From Octopus sinensis (taxonomy: Eukaryota), in the NCBI RefSeq assembly GCF_006345805.1, contig NC_043020.1, positions 8,184,001 to 8,248,000 on the forward strand: a stretch of DNA of 64,000 bases, in the 5' to 3' direction. Made by a program: the position numbers and the translations under genes. Position 1 is the first letter of the stretch, and each line of letters begins with the position of its first letter. Shown in pieces: positions 49,787 through 62,938 of the stretch. The notes beneath the pieces were generated by a model. That model did not search any database and was not told where the DNA came from. It worked only from the letters and a program-made list of their open reading frames with translations.

Positions 49787-50188
49787 ATCAAAGATAATAC
49801 CCAGTAAAAGTTTGGGGTAACCCCTTCCTATTTACACACACATATAGATAAAGAATAAGGAGAAACTGGAGAGTTAATTAATAAAACTATTTAATTGTAT
49901 AATAAATAATTTTATTAATTACCTCTCCATTTTTCTTATTCTTGAAATATATAAATACATGGACCACGGTTTACATGGTTACCTTATAGTTGAACTTCCT
50001 TTAAATTGGTAACTAACCAGTTTTTTCGTTGGATTTGTGATCCCTTAATGAGGTTTATTACCTTTACTTGATTATATATATATAAAGGAAAGAATTGGTA
50101 GGATGCCATAATAGTGCCGGGTATCTGGTAATTTTAGGATGAACGAACTCTATTTTGTACTCCGATACCTTCTTATATACACCTCAAC

Positions 50189-50236
<48 letters not shown>

Positions 50237-50872
50237 TATATATGAGAGAGGGAGACGTGCAGCTCTCTAAGACTTTTTTGTTTATCCTCAATACAAGCGA
50301 TATATATATATATACAGGTATATATATATACGTGTGTGTGTCACCTGTACTGACCATATTATCGAGTGTTGCTGCACATCGCTGGCCACGATGCGTTTCC
50401 AATTCTTTCTCGATTGCGATTTTCTTTTCTATCTTGGCCCAACAGCCAAATCGTTTTGTTTTAATTAATTAAAACAAAACAAAACGATTTGGCTGTTATT
50501 TCTTGTTATTCCGAAAGCTCGCTTGTTCCCTTCTCAATTGTCACAAATCTACCTAAGGATGTAGGGTACGTTTCCTGATAAAAGAATTTTTCTTTTTCAA
50601 ATCGAAAGTGGGTGAGTGCATATCCTACACCTTTGCGCATATATATGTATATATATATATATATATATAATAGGAGAGAGAGAGAGAGAGAGAGAGAGAA
50701 AACGAGAGAAAGAGTTGTGTCTGGGGAGAGTCATTCTGTTTCTTTTTTTGGGGGGGTAATCCAGCGTTGTGCCTATAGTAGAAAGGGATTATTTCTAGCA
50801 GGTCGAGCGACCCATAAAGTCCGTGTGCGCGTGGTTTCTGTTGTGTATATGTGTGTGTGTGTATATATATAT

Positions 50873-50904
<32 letters not shown>

Positions 50905-51638
50905 CACTTTGTGTGTGTGATTCTTATATATTAATCTCTGGCCCCTCCCCGATAAATTTGTTGTGGTTGTTTTATTTTGTCAACCATAATCGATTGTTAT
51001 TAATCATTATCTTAATTCAAGGACCAGATAAAATTAAAATCGGTCAAATAACCGGGGTAGGAATTTGATCCCTTCGTTCATCCCTTTCCCTCGATGGTCC
51101 TCGAATGTGTGGCCTTGTACTTAACCGTTATTATTTTTCGAATAATAATAATTAATGACACAAAGCCAGCAATTTTATGAGAAAAGGATTGGTCGATTGC
51201 GTCGACTCTAGTGTTCAACTGGTTATGTATTTATTTCATCGACCCCCGAAAGTATGAAAGGCAAAATCGACCTCGGTGGTATTTGGGACTCGGAACGTCA
51301 ACAGCCGAAGGCAGCGCCTTCGAGCATTTTGCCCAACGTGCTCAATCGGTTCTGCCAGCTCGGTCACCTCATAGTAATAATTTGTTAATGTATATTTTGT
51401 CTGAATCAAGAAAATATTTAACATTTCGAGATGAAAATATCACGAGAAGAATGCGTAATAAGTGAACGCGCTTTTCGTCTTGTTCGTCAACGTTTTCGAG
51501 TTCAAATCCCGGCCGAGATTGAGTTTTAACTTTCATTATTCTGGAGTCGGTTTTTAAAATGCCCTGTCGAGGATGGTCCTCATAAAAGTTGTAGTAATCC
51601 TATTAACGAGATAGAAGAAATCATCCCCCTCTCTCTCT

Positions 51639-52022
51639 ATACTCTTTTACTTGTTTCAGTCATTTGACTGTGGCCATGCTGGAGCACCGCCTTTAGTCGA
51701 GCAAATCAACCCCAAGACTTATTCTTTTGTAAGCCCAGTACTTATTCTGTCGGTCTCTTTTTGCCGAACCGCTAAGTGACGGGGACGTAAACACACCAGC
51801 ATCGGTTGTCAAGCAATGCTAGGGGGACAAACACAGACACACAAACACACATACATATATACGACAGGCTTCTTTCAGTTTCCGTCTACCAAATCCACTC
51901 ACAAGGCATTGGTCGGCCCGGGGCTATAGCAGAAGACACTTGCCCAAGATGCCACGCAGTGGGACTGAACCCGGAACCATGTGGTTGGTTAGCAAGCTAC
52001 TTACCACACAGCCACTCCTACG

Positions 52023-52026
<4 letters not shown>
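51639..52026 (-). mobile_element. SINE family B
   Basis: Full-length copy followed by a long (TA)n. Confidence 0.88.
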
Positions 52027-52105
<79 letters not shown>

Positions 52106-52106
<1 letters not shown>

Positions 52107-52766
52107 TAAGGTATGTAGAAAAATACAACATGGACAAGAACGTATAACTCTTAGAAGACGACACAATAAACATGGACAGGACATTCGAACCCCTCAGTCT
52201 TCAGTCAAGAACCGGATCATTGTAGTAATTTCGGCTGATTAATCTTGAGATTACTAGATCACGGCCAGCCCTCCAAGAAAAACTAAGCAACGAGCATTAG
52301 AAAAACTAAGCTGGAAGCGTAGATTTCCTGGAAGAAGGATCGAATGCATACGAACACCAGGACAGCAAAAGGGACAGATATAAAAAAACAAAAAACAATA
52401 ATGGAATACAGAACATGAAATACAGAAGCATTAACGGTGAAAACAACAAGTGTCTTACGACTGATAACAAGCAAACAAATTTTTTCTCTGGCGCATTGGA
52501 AGAAGCCTTTTAGCGGCGGACGAAAAACAACGATGTTAACACGACGAGGGTCAGGAGCTAAAGGCAGATTTCGGCCAACAGTCACGTGACAGAGAAGAGG
52601 GAAAAGAAAAGAAAGAGAAGCAAAGAAGAGAGAGAGAGACGAGGGACAAAACGCAACAAAGAGAGAGAAGAGAGAGAAAGAAGGGATGGGTGTCGAAGAA
52701 TGACCTGTGAGTGCAGAGCGAGACAAAGAAATAGGAGGGTAAAGAGAAGAGAAAAAGAGGATGAGT

Positions 52767-52804
<38 letters not shown>

Positions 52805-53340
52805 GACAGATCAAGTAAAAATGAGAGAGAGGGAGACAAAAAGAGAGTCGTACCAATTATTAAGAATATGTGCTCACATTAATGATAGGTGGGTACGGGG
52901 CGCTGGAATATATGTTAAGGTATGTAGAAAAATACAACATGGACAAGAACGTATAACTCTTAGAAGACGACACAATAACATGGACAGGACATTCGAACCC
53001 CTCAGTCTTCAGTCAAGAACCGGATCATTGTAGTAATTTCGGCTGATTAATCTTGAGATTACTAGATCACGGCCAGCCCTCCAAGAAAAACTAAGCAACG
53101 AGCATTAGAAAAACTAAGCTGGAAGCGTAGATTTCCTGGAAGAAGGATCGAATGCATACGAACACCAGGACAGCAAAAGGGACAGATATAAAAAAACAAA
53201 AAACAATAATGGAATACAGAACAGAAACATGAAATACAGAAGCATTAACGGTAAACACAAGTGTCTTACGACTGATAACAAGCAAACAAATTTTTTCTCT
53301 GGCGCATTGGAAGAAGCCTTTATAGCGGCGGACGAAAAAC
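52106..53340. mobile_element. Partial-tandem non-coding element: 809-bp unit plus a second 423-bp copy of its left part, between (TA)n tracts
   Basis: 52106-52528 and 52915-53340 differ only by a few small indels/substitutions; class uncertain (PLE pseudo-LTR or LTR-like). Confidence 0.7.
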
Positions 53341-53370
53341 ATATATATATATATACAATACATACATACA

Positions 53371-53472
53371 TACCAAGATTTAATTCTAAAATCAGGGTGT
53401 GACTTATATATTAGTAATACAATGAAAAGGATGCTGTATACATTTCAGGTACCTCTTCACAACACATGGAAT

Positions 53473-53503
<31 letters not shown>

Positions 53504-53576
53504 GCATACACAGCATCCTTTTCATTGTATTACTAATATATAAGTCACACCCTGATTTTAGAATTAAATCTTGGTA
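53371..53576. repeat. Perfect 67-bp inverted repeat (53371-53437 / 53510-53576)
   Basis: 67/67 match by manual reverse complement; 72-bp spacer. Confidence 0.92.
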
Positions 53577-53685
53577 CAAATTTTTTTGCCCTGTGTGTGA
53601 CTCACACCCCAGTTTTTTTTTGTTCTTTTTTCCTGGGTAAAATCAAATATAAAATAGTACAACTTATATACGAGTATAAACGGTG
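53523..53685. mobile_element. Old pogo/Tigger-like MITE
   Basis: Right end CAACTTATATACGAGTATAAACGGTG is an imperfect inverse of left end CATTGTATTACTAATATATAAGTCA. Confidence 0.45.
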
Positions 53686-54955
53686 TGTGTGTGTGTGTGT
53701 GTGTTACATACACACATGGTTGGATAGCTATTACTTTTAATAGTTGGTCTTTTTAGCCCCATATCGACTGATATAATTGATTTATGATCAAAGATGTTCC
53801 TGACACGGCCATTACATTTTTGATGGTGGAGTTTTGAAACAGCTGTCCTTCGAAGTCCCAGTCCCCACAGAAAAAAAGATGGTTGTGAACGGGGACAGAA
53901 GGAGCAAGATGTAAAAAAAAAAATTCTCGCAATGCTTGTTAGATGACACTAAAATACGAAATGGGGGTGGGGATGTGCTCTTTTCCCTTCCCCATGAGGT
54001 ATGGAACTTCAAAGGAAAACTACTTCCAAACTCTGCCCTTCTCTTTTTAGGCATATGTTGCTGACCACATTATTTAATGTCTCCTGTCTTTGTATAAGAC
54101 GATGGTTTTGTGATGTGATGTTGTTCTTTAACCCCAGATCAACCTTGATTAGGCAGATCTACTAAGATCAAAGACATTCCAACTGTGATCATCCCATCAG
54201 TGAAACCCCAGATTACAGTGACTACTGTCTTTTTTTTTTTTTTTTTGAAGATTATAGAGTATGATTTGAGAGAGATTTGACTGCTATTTTTAACATTGAT
54301 GTGTGCGTGTGCTGTAGAGCCTAGTTCTCTTTTATGTTCCCACAGACTTGATATTTAAACCTATCTATCCCCCACCACCACAACCACCAACTCTCCGAAT
54401 GCTTTGGAAGGTGGAAATAAAATGGTCAGGTATACTACTGGTTAGTTCAGGTGGGTAGGAAATGAGAGGCCATTGTAAAAGCAGCAGCAAAGCATGTGTG
54501 GGTCAATGCTAATAATAAGAATAATAGTTATTTCAAATTTAGGCACAAGACCAGTTATATATTGTCATCGTCAGGGTGACCCTGAGGTGCACATGCCCCC
54601 TCAAGAAAAGAAGTGCGCCCTTCTAAATAATGTTACTATGCCCTTTTCTCCTGAAATTGTATTCCTTTCTGACCTTTGAAAAAATCCTGGGACCACATCT
54701 GTGTGTGTATATATATATATATATCCCAATCTTCTTTTCTTCTTATATATAGTCAGTAAATTATAAATCCGAAAGAGGATCACACTCCAAGTTATAGAGC
54801 AGTAAAGTATGTAAAGATAGTTATGGCCGGTCTATGGGGTTCCTCTGGGTTTCTCGTTCATAAAATACTTGGCTTTACAGTGTTTTTTCAGCCCCTAAAT
54901 CTGTTGGCCCAAAGCCTAAGCACTTTAAGGACATGAAACTGGCCATATCTATCGT

Positions 54956-54989
<34 letters not shown>

Positions 54990-55567
54990 TATATATGTAT
55001 ATATATATATACATCGTTTCCAGTTGTCTACGTGACACAATGCTTGTGTCATGTGCCAACTGGAAACGATGTTTCCTGGGGCTAAATAGCAGTAGCATTC
55101 TTCCCTTTCCTGGGATTGCCACATTAAGTTGGCAACAATCCATCACTTTATCGTGCTGCTACTGTACAAGTCTCTCTGAGAGATTTAGAAATGCAGTATT
55201 TCTAATATATACACACACACACACACACACATCATCATCATCTTCGTTTAGCGTCCGCTTTCCGTGCTAGCATGGGTTGGACGGTTCAACTGGGGTCTGG
55301 GAAGCCAGAAGGCTGCACCAGGCCCAGTCTGATTTGGCAATGTTTCTATGGCTGGATGCCCTTCCTAACACCATACACAATTATGAAAATGTATGCTGTA
55401 TTTATGTATATTTTTTTTGTTTTCTGAATTCACTCATAAGGCATTGATCAGCTCAGGGTTATAGCAGATGGCCATGACGATTGTCCACGATGCTGCAAAG
55501 TGGGACTGAACTTAAAACCACATGGTTAGGAAGCAAACTTCTTAACCACACAGCCATACTTGCACCT

Positions 55568-55598
<31 letters not shown>

Positions 55599-55790
55599 TT
55601 TAAGTAGAAAGAATAGCCAAAACTTTTTGACTGCTATTTCTAAATTCGGTGTGTGGTGAGGCAAATCATTGCTAAACCCTTAATTACTTAGTATTACTTA
55701 AACCTTCCTTGAATGGGGCTTTTACATGCCGAACTCTACTTGGTGAAATTGATGATTATTTCTAAATTAATTAATTTCACCCTTTATTAT

Positions 55791-55831
<41 letters not shown>

Positions 55832-55989
55832 TACACACATAAGTATAATTAATGCAGTTCTTGGTTATGGCCAGTCAGAAAGTTACCATTGGTCTTTACA
55901 CTTATGCTCTCAGCAATATAGGTGACACATTAGGCCAGCTGGCTGGAGGCACATAGCCTCTCTGCTAATGAAGGAAGGAATAGAGTCTT

Positions 55990-56100
55990 GGTCAACCAGA
56001 CTTGTGAAAAAACTCTGAAATGATAAATATATATATCTAGTGAGATTTACGCAATTCGATACTGTTGATTTCTATGCCTCTGTCTCTAAAGGAACTGCTC
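55990..56100 (+). pseudogene. Short Penelope-like RT relic
   Basis: 56043-56100 reads RFTQFDTVDFYASVSK[fs]ELL, matching the PLE FIQFDIVDFYPSIS.ELL motif. Confidence 0.65.
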
Positions 56101-56202
56101 TCTCTCTCTCTCTCTCTCCCGATACATATATATATATCTATCTAATGTAGGATAATATTCTTCCATGGGTATGAGTAAGTATCTCATTTACTTCTTTGCC
56201 AC

Positions 56203-56262
56203 ATGTATCACTGACGAAGGGAGGGTTCTTTTTGAACTAACCCTGAAATCGGTCAGATATGG
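56203..56262 (+). ncRNA. Minimal hammerhead-like fold in a PLE-type terminal segment
   Basis: CTGACGA (56211-17), stem II AGGG/CCCT, GAAA (56245-48), T-CG-GT-C; stem I GTATC/GATAT with an A-A mismatch next to the core. Confidence 0.45.
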
Positions 56263-56422
56263 TAATAATGTAATTTTTTAGAGATTTCTGTCAACCTTTT
56301 TCGAGTAGCGTGCGTACTGGAAAAAAATTATATGGTAAATGGACATTATGTCCAATTTTCGGCATATTTGGCATTAGAATTTTTTTTTACCCTTATTTAT
56401 AAGTTATATATATATATATATA

Positions 56423-56797
56423 TACTCTTTTACATGTTTCAGTCATTTGACTGCGGCCATGCTGGAGCACCGCCTTTAGTCGAGCAAATCGACCCCGGGA
56501 CTTATTCTTTGCAAGCCCAGTACTTATTCTATCGGTCTCTTTTTGCCGAACCGCTAAGTGACGGGGACGTAAACACACCAGCATCGGTTGTCAAGCAATG
56601 CTAGGGGGACAAACACAGACACACAAACATATACATATATACGACAGGCTTCTTTCAGTTTCCGTCTACCAAATCCACTGACAAGGCTTTGGTCGGCCCG
56701 AGGCTATAGTAGAAGACACTTGCCCAAGGTGCCACCCAGTGGGACTGAACCCGGAACCATGTGGTTGGTAAGCAAGCTACTTACCACACAGCCACTC
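56423..56797 (-). mobile_element. SINE family B
   Basis: Full-length copy. Confidence 0.88.
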
Positions 56798-57429
56798 ATA
56801 ATATAAATGCATGTGTGCGGTTAAAAAGTTCCAAAATCTAAAACCAAAGAAAATGAGTGAACAAATTGTTCCATGTCAAAAGATAGTTGTTTTGTTCTTT
56901 GTGATCACGCTGCAGACTACATGGCATGCTCAGCCACACCCCATGATTCATAACTGCAGTGCCGTTGATGCAGAGAATAGCCAATGGCCAGCCTCCCTTG
57001 CTGTAGCAGCCACTCCACTCTGTAGGGTTCATTTCTCAGATGGGCTGCCATTATACCAAATTTGTGGAGGAAAATGGTAGTGCAGGGTCGAAGAACATTT
57101 GAGGCCTCAAAAGCCACTGGCACAAACCAATAGCAGCTGGTCAGACCCCTGATTCTATTTATCTTTTTCTCCTCTGTGTCAGTCTGAATGAAATTTGAAT
57201 CGAAAGGAATGTAACTGGATTCCCTAAGATGTATTTTTGTCCGATGCTGCACCGATTCTACCATTGTAGAAAGCAACCTTGAAGTGGTTCAGACCCTTGA
57301 AGACCGTGTCAGAATACTCACCATTTTAAATTGTCACCTGTCATATCATTATGTGCGCAAGGTGACAATGTTTTGATAAACACTTCCACCGGACTGTCTA
57401 AATCCAATTACTTTATTGGAACTAGAAAA

Positions 57430-59355
57430 TCAGGCAAAAGGCTGAGTAGAATTTCATCCATCGTTGTGTTCTGAGTTCAAATCCTACCAAGGTTGACTTT
57501 TCATCTCATCCTTTCAGGGTTAATGAAGTAAGTACCAGTTGAGTGCTGGGGGTCAATGTAATCGATTAGCTCCACTCCCCCCAAAATTTCAGGTCTGGTG
57601 CTTAAAGTAGAAAGAATTATTATTATAATTATTTTTGCTAGGGTGAATAGATGGCAGAATCATTAGCACACAAGGCGAAATGCTTAGCAGCATTTTGTCT
57701 GTCTTTACGTTCTGAGTTCAAATTCTGCTGAGGTCAGTTTTGTTTTAACATCCTTTCAGGGTCAAGAAATTAAGTATCAGTTGTACACTGGGGTTGAAGC
57801 AATTGACTTAACCCCCCTCCCCAACATTGCTGACATTGTGCCAAAATTGGAAACCATTATTATTATATTAAGGTGGCAAGCTGGTAGAATCGTTAGAGCA
57901 CCAGGTGAAATGCTTAGCACCATTTTGTCAGTCTTTATATTCTGAGTTCAAATTTCGCCGAGGTCAGCTTTGCCTTTCATCCTTTCGGGGTTGATTAAAT
58001 AAGTACCATTTAACGAACTAGTGTTGATGTAATCAACTTAATCCTTTCTGCAAGCTGCCCTTGTGGCAAACATTTGAAATCATCATCATCATCATTATTA
58101 TTATATTCAGGTGGCAAGCTGGACAAAATGCTAAGCAGTATTTTGCCCATCGCTACATTCTGAGTTCAAATTCCATTGAGGCTGATTTTGCCTTTCATCC
58201 TTTCGGGGTCGATAAAATAAGTACCAGTTGAACACTGGGGCTGATGTAATTGACTCATCCCCACCTCTCGCAAACTGCCCTTGTAGCAAAAATGTAAAAT
58301 AATAATAATAATTTATTCTTTTTATTGGCCACAAGGGCTGACACACATGATTAGAAAACATAAAGGGACAAAACAGGACGAAAGGTTACAAAGGGTTTTG
58401 TCCGTTTGTGTAGAAATCGTGTAAAAACAGTGTAACAATCAAATAATATAACAACGAAAAACTCCCAATAGGGGGAGGCGCTTCGAAAGGTTCCTGGTGG
58501 AAAAACCCATAAAAGCCAACGGGAGCCTGGTCAAAAGTGGGGTAGAGAGCCCCTTTCTCCTTTTATAATAATTATTATTATTGTGGCGAGCTGGCAGAAT
58601 TGTTAGTGCCAGAAAAATATAATGTGTGGTATTTGTTCCGACACTTTCAAGTTCACTTTGTCTTTCATCCCTCCAATGTTGATAAAATAAAATACCAGTC
58701 ATGTACTTGGGTCAATGATATCAATTAACCCTTCTCTTTCAAAACTGTACGCCTTGTACCTAAACCAGAAACCATTAGTAACAGTAGATTGGACAAAAGT
58801 GTAGAACAGTAAACAAAATACCTTGTGGTGTTTAGTTACAACCATTTACGTTCTGATTTTAAATCCCACCCAAATCGGTCCTGTTTTATATCCTTGTAGG
58901 AGTCAATAAAGTACCAGTGATATACTGGGGTCAGTCCAATATACTTGACCTCCTTCTCATGCTTATGTTGGATATAATTATTAATAGCAGTAGTAGTAGT
59001 AATAATGGTAAATCCCTGGATTGGTAGAAGCAGAGCATTCGATAAAATGCCTTGTGGTATTTAAGTATATCTCTGCGTTTTGGATTCCAGTCCTGTTCAG
59101 GTTGACTTTTCCCCCCTCATTGTCTTGGGCCCAATAAACAAAACCCCAGTTTGAGGTCTGGTTTGGTCTGAAATCAATTGTACTCCCACCCTACTCCCAA
59201 TTATATGACATTGTACCAGTAACAGTAGATCAGTAAATTAGCAGGCTTCTCTGTAGAATACCTTGTTGTATTTAGTCCCGTCCATTTTTGAGATTGATAT
59301 TGCCTTTTTTTTTTATTCATTCTGGGATCAATAACACACAGTACCAGTAAAATCC
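57430..59355 (+). mobile_element. Head-to-tail stack of ~8 SINE family C copies
   Basis: Starts near 57430, 57640, 57870, 58108, 58583, 58785, 59005, 59225; (ATT)n linkers; the later copies are more decayed. Confidence 0.8.
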
Positions 59356-60745
59356 TGGTGTTTTAACCTTTTTTCTTACCAAATTTTTGCAGGAAACACT
59401 GCTTTTGTTTCAATTAATTTTGAAAACAAAGAATTTTAGTAAAATAACTTTTGTTGTTATTAAGCTGGTGTTTGTAACATAAATTAACAAGAAATTTTGA
59501 TAGAAGGGTTTAGATCAATTTCAAATAGGAACTCTGTATCATAGAACCAGGGGTGGTCACACGGGGTCAAAAGGGTTACTTATCTTGACTCTATTCTTCA
59601 ACCCCAAAAGTTTAACATTATTCCTATCTCAAGAATCATTAACCATTTTTCTTGAAAACTTGATTTTTGGATTCCTTTGGGCCATATTCAAAGCAATATC
59701 ATCTCTTAATAGTCATTCAAATCCATTTTTTTTATATTCTTTTTATAAAACCAGAATGTAAAGACAAAATTGCAAACGAGAAAGAAACATGTTACATCTT
59801 GGATTTTATAATTTGAAAATTTTCTTGTACAACAATTTTGTTATAATTAAAAAAGAATTTTAAAAAATATATTTATTAAAATATTTCAATGTATTATTCT
59901 TTAAAATAATTTTAAAAGTCAAAAACCTGAAATCACAGATTCTGAAATTGTGATTCTTGGTTGTAGCCATTCCACTTCCTGACCACCTCATCTCAAACAC
60001 TTTTATAATTCTGTATTCCTAATCAAAACACATAGCCAACATGTTTTAATTATAAAAATTCTCAAATAATTTGGAAGTTGATTAATTTTGTCATTATTAA
60101 GCTGGTGTTTCAAGGATAGAACCTAAAAGGTTCTGACTGAAAATGGTAATAGGTATTAGGTATTTCTGGATGAAATCGAAAGTAAAACTAGAAATAATGT
60201 CAGCACCCAAAATCTTCAGCACCCTATTTCAGGACATTACCATTTTTAACCGATCCCCAACTCTTGGTTACTCTTCCGCTTCTTCTCCTTAACTTGGCCA
60301 AGTTTTCTAAAATATTTACTTTTAATATACTTCACAGTTCCATTCCTTTGTTTTTGTAATTTACAAAACATGTGAGACCGACCTAGTAGTTTGGTTCCTT
60401 TTCTCTACTTTTGGGGTTAAAATCCCATCATGTCTGTTATTTCTTCCTTTTGTTCCTTTTCTCTACTTTTGGGGTTAAAATCCCATCATGTCTGTCATTT
60501 CTTTGAGTGAGGAAAGTTGATAAAACAAGTACCAGTAATATACACTCGACCTCCTTCTCATGCTTATGTTGGATACAATTATTGATAGCAGCAGTAGTAG
60601 TAATAATGGTAAATCTCTGGATTGGTAGAAGCAGAGCATTCAATAAAATGCCTTGTGGTATTTTAAGTATATCTCTGCGTTTTGGATTCCAGTCCCGTTC
60701 AGGTTGACTTTCCCCCTCATTGTCTTGGGCCCAATAAACAAAACA
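58932..60745 (+). repeat. ~210-bp direct duplication (58932-59145 / 60539-60745); also a ~58-bp tandem duplication at 60391-60496
   Basis: About 95% identity by eye. Confidence 0.85.
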
Positions 60746-61132
60746 CTTTATTATTTATTATTGGACGTTTCTGCAGAATAAGAATGTCCATCATTCCTTT
60801 CTTTTTATACCTTGTGTTGCTGATGAAGTCCAACATCTTGAGATCCTGCCTCATCACGTCTTCCTATGCCTTTCTTGGTTTACATTAATAAGATCCTTCC
60901 CAATTCATTACAGACTCATTGGGTCAGTTTCCATTTATATTTTCCCCCTGGATGGGACACTATTTTGTCAGAGGATCACGCAATTTCGCCAGCTGAGTAG
61001 ATTGGAGCAACATGAAATGAAGTGTTTTGCTCAAGAACACAATGCACTGCTTAGTCTAGGAATCAAAATCCCAGTCTTACAATCAAGAGTCCAACACACT
61101 AACCACTGAGCCAGGCGTCTCCACCGTTTACA

Positions 61133-61345
61133 TCAATCATCATTTAACGTCCATTTTCCATGCTAGCATGGGTTGGACGGTTCAACTGGGGTCTGGGAAG
61201 CCAGAAGGCTGCACCAGGCTCCAGTCTGATCTGGCAGTGTTTCTACAGCTGGATGCCCTTCCTAATGCCAACCACTCCGTGAGTGTAGTGGGTGCTTTTT
61301 ACGTGCCACCTGCACAGGTGCCAGATGAGGCTGGCAAATGGCCAC
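61133..61345 (-). mobile_element. SINE/LINE-tail family E
   Basis: Reverse complement of 18825-19066. Confidence 0.8.
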
Positions 61346-61908
61346 AATGATGTCAGTTATTTGTGACCCAACGTCCACATGGAACATGCTATTTCTCACC
61401 AACAATATTTGATCCCAAGGGTTATATGAATGTCAGGGTAGATCAAGGCAATTGCTATACTCAGCTGCGTAACAGCTTGGAGAATAAACTGAGGTAAAGT
61501 AGAATAAAGTGTTCTGCCCACAAAACCCAATCAAATGACAAAATTCAATTCGAATTCTTGTGTCATAAACAGTGCCACCAAGGGAAGTGATAGGACCTAC
61601 AGCTGACCCAAGAGCAAATCCCCTATGTATTGAGCCCAAAGTTTACATTGCTGGTTTCCCCTCTGTAAGGTTTGCTTATGTTGACTATTTTCTTCATCTG
61701 CAAATACATAGCCTTATTCTTATGTCAGGAATCATTCTTTAAGCTCACAAAAGCTCTGGACTTTTAGCAATTTTTAGGAGTATTTCCAGTAAATTTTAAA
61801 ACCACTGAGGCATCGTTCAAAGAGTCGAGGATAATCTTGAGTTTATGGTTTGAAATAAAAATGAAAAATAAATTTTACATATATTTTCAAAGATAAATAT
61901 TATGGTTA

Positions 61909-62302
61909 TACTCTTTACTCTTTACTCTTTCACTTGTTTCAGTCATTTGACTGCGGCCATGCTGGAGCACCGCCTTTTTTAGTCGAGCAAATCGACCCCG
62001 GGACTTATTCTTTGTAAGCCCAGTACTTATTCTATTGGTCTCTTTTGCCGAACCGCTAAGTGACAGGGACGTAAACCAGCATCAGTTGTCAAGCAATGCT
62101 AGGAGGACATACACACACACATATATATATATATATACGACAGGCTTCTTTCGGTTTCCGTCTACCAAATCCACTCACAAGGCATTGGTCAGCCCGGGGC
62201 TATAGCAGAAGACACTCGCCCAAGATGCCACGCAGTGGGACTGAACCCGGAACCATGTGGTTGGTTAGCAAGCTACTTACCACACAGCCGCTCCTGCGCC
62301 TA
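61909..62302 (-). mobile_element. SINE family B
   Basis: Full-length copy. Confidence 0.88.
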
Positions 62303-62938
62303 TTGATGAAATTAAAAGAAAGAACCCCAAAAACAGCATTATTAATAAAGTTAACAGGAAGCAAGCATAAACCCGTGTATGTACAATAAGAGTCAAACTC
62401 TTTATTTTTCCAATTTTAATTTAAACCACAAACCGAAGATTTCCTGTGGATAAAGACCTTCAATAATCAACATGTCATTTTGGAAAGTAAAAAAAGAAAC
62501 ATGAATATCTGTTCAATTAATCGGATATTTTATTAAAAACATATCATGTAAGAAGTACCCAGTATACTCTGTAAAGTGGATGGTATTAGGAAGGGCGTCC
62601 AGCTGAGGAAAATACGCCTAAACAGAGGACGTTGATGCAGTCCTTAAAGCATTCAACCCATGCCAGCATGGAAAACACATATTGAATGATGACCATGATG
62701 ATGATGATGATGAATGTCAAGAATTACTTTAGCATGAATCAGGGTTTATGCATTATGTTTTAAAGCAAATGTTTCCATTATTTCATTGAAACCCACTCTC
62801 AATATTAGGGCCAGCACAGTCTTTGGGGTCATTCAGTGTCTCCCTTGTTATCATGCTCCTTCAAAAAGTTCTTGGTGTTATTTTACTTTGCTGAAAGATC
62901 TCTCAGCAGATGTTTATTGTAACAGGTAAATATGTAGA

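Noticed and set aside
52160-52215. Hammerhead in the 809-bp unit (minus strand CTGAAGA..CGAAT)
   Set aside because: No GAAA and no pairing of stems I and II.
56810-57425. Host exon or intact mariner (also 63230-63600)
   Set aside because: Only faint mariner-like hints, no clear TIR pair or catalytic motifs; too weak to call.
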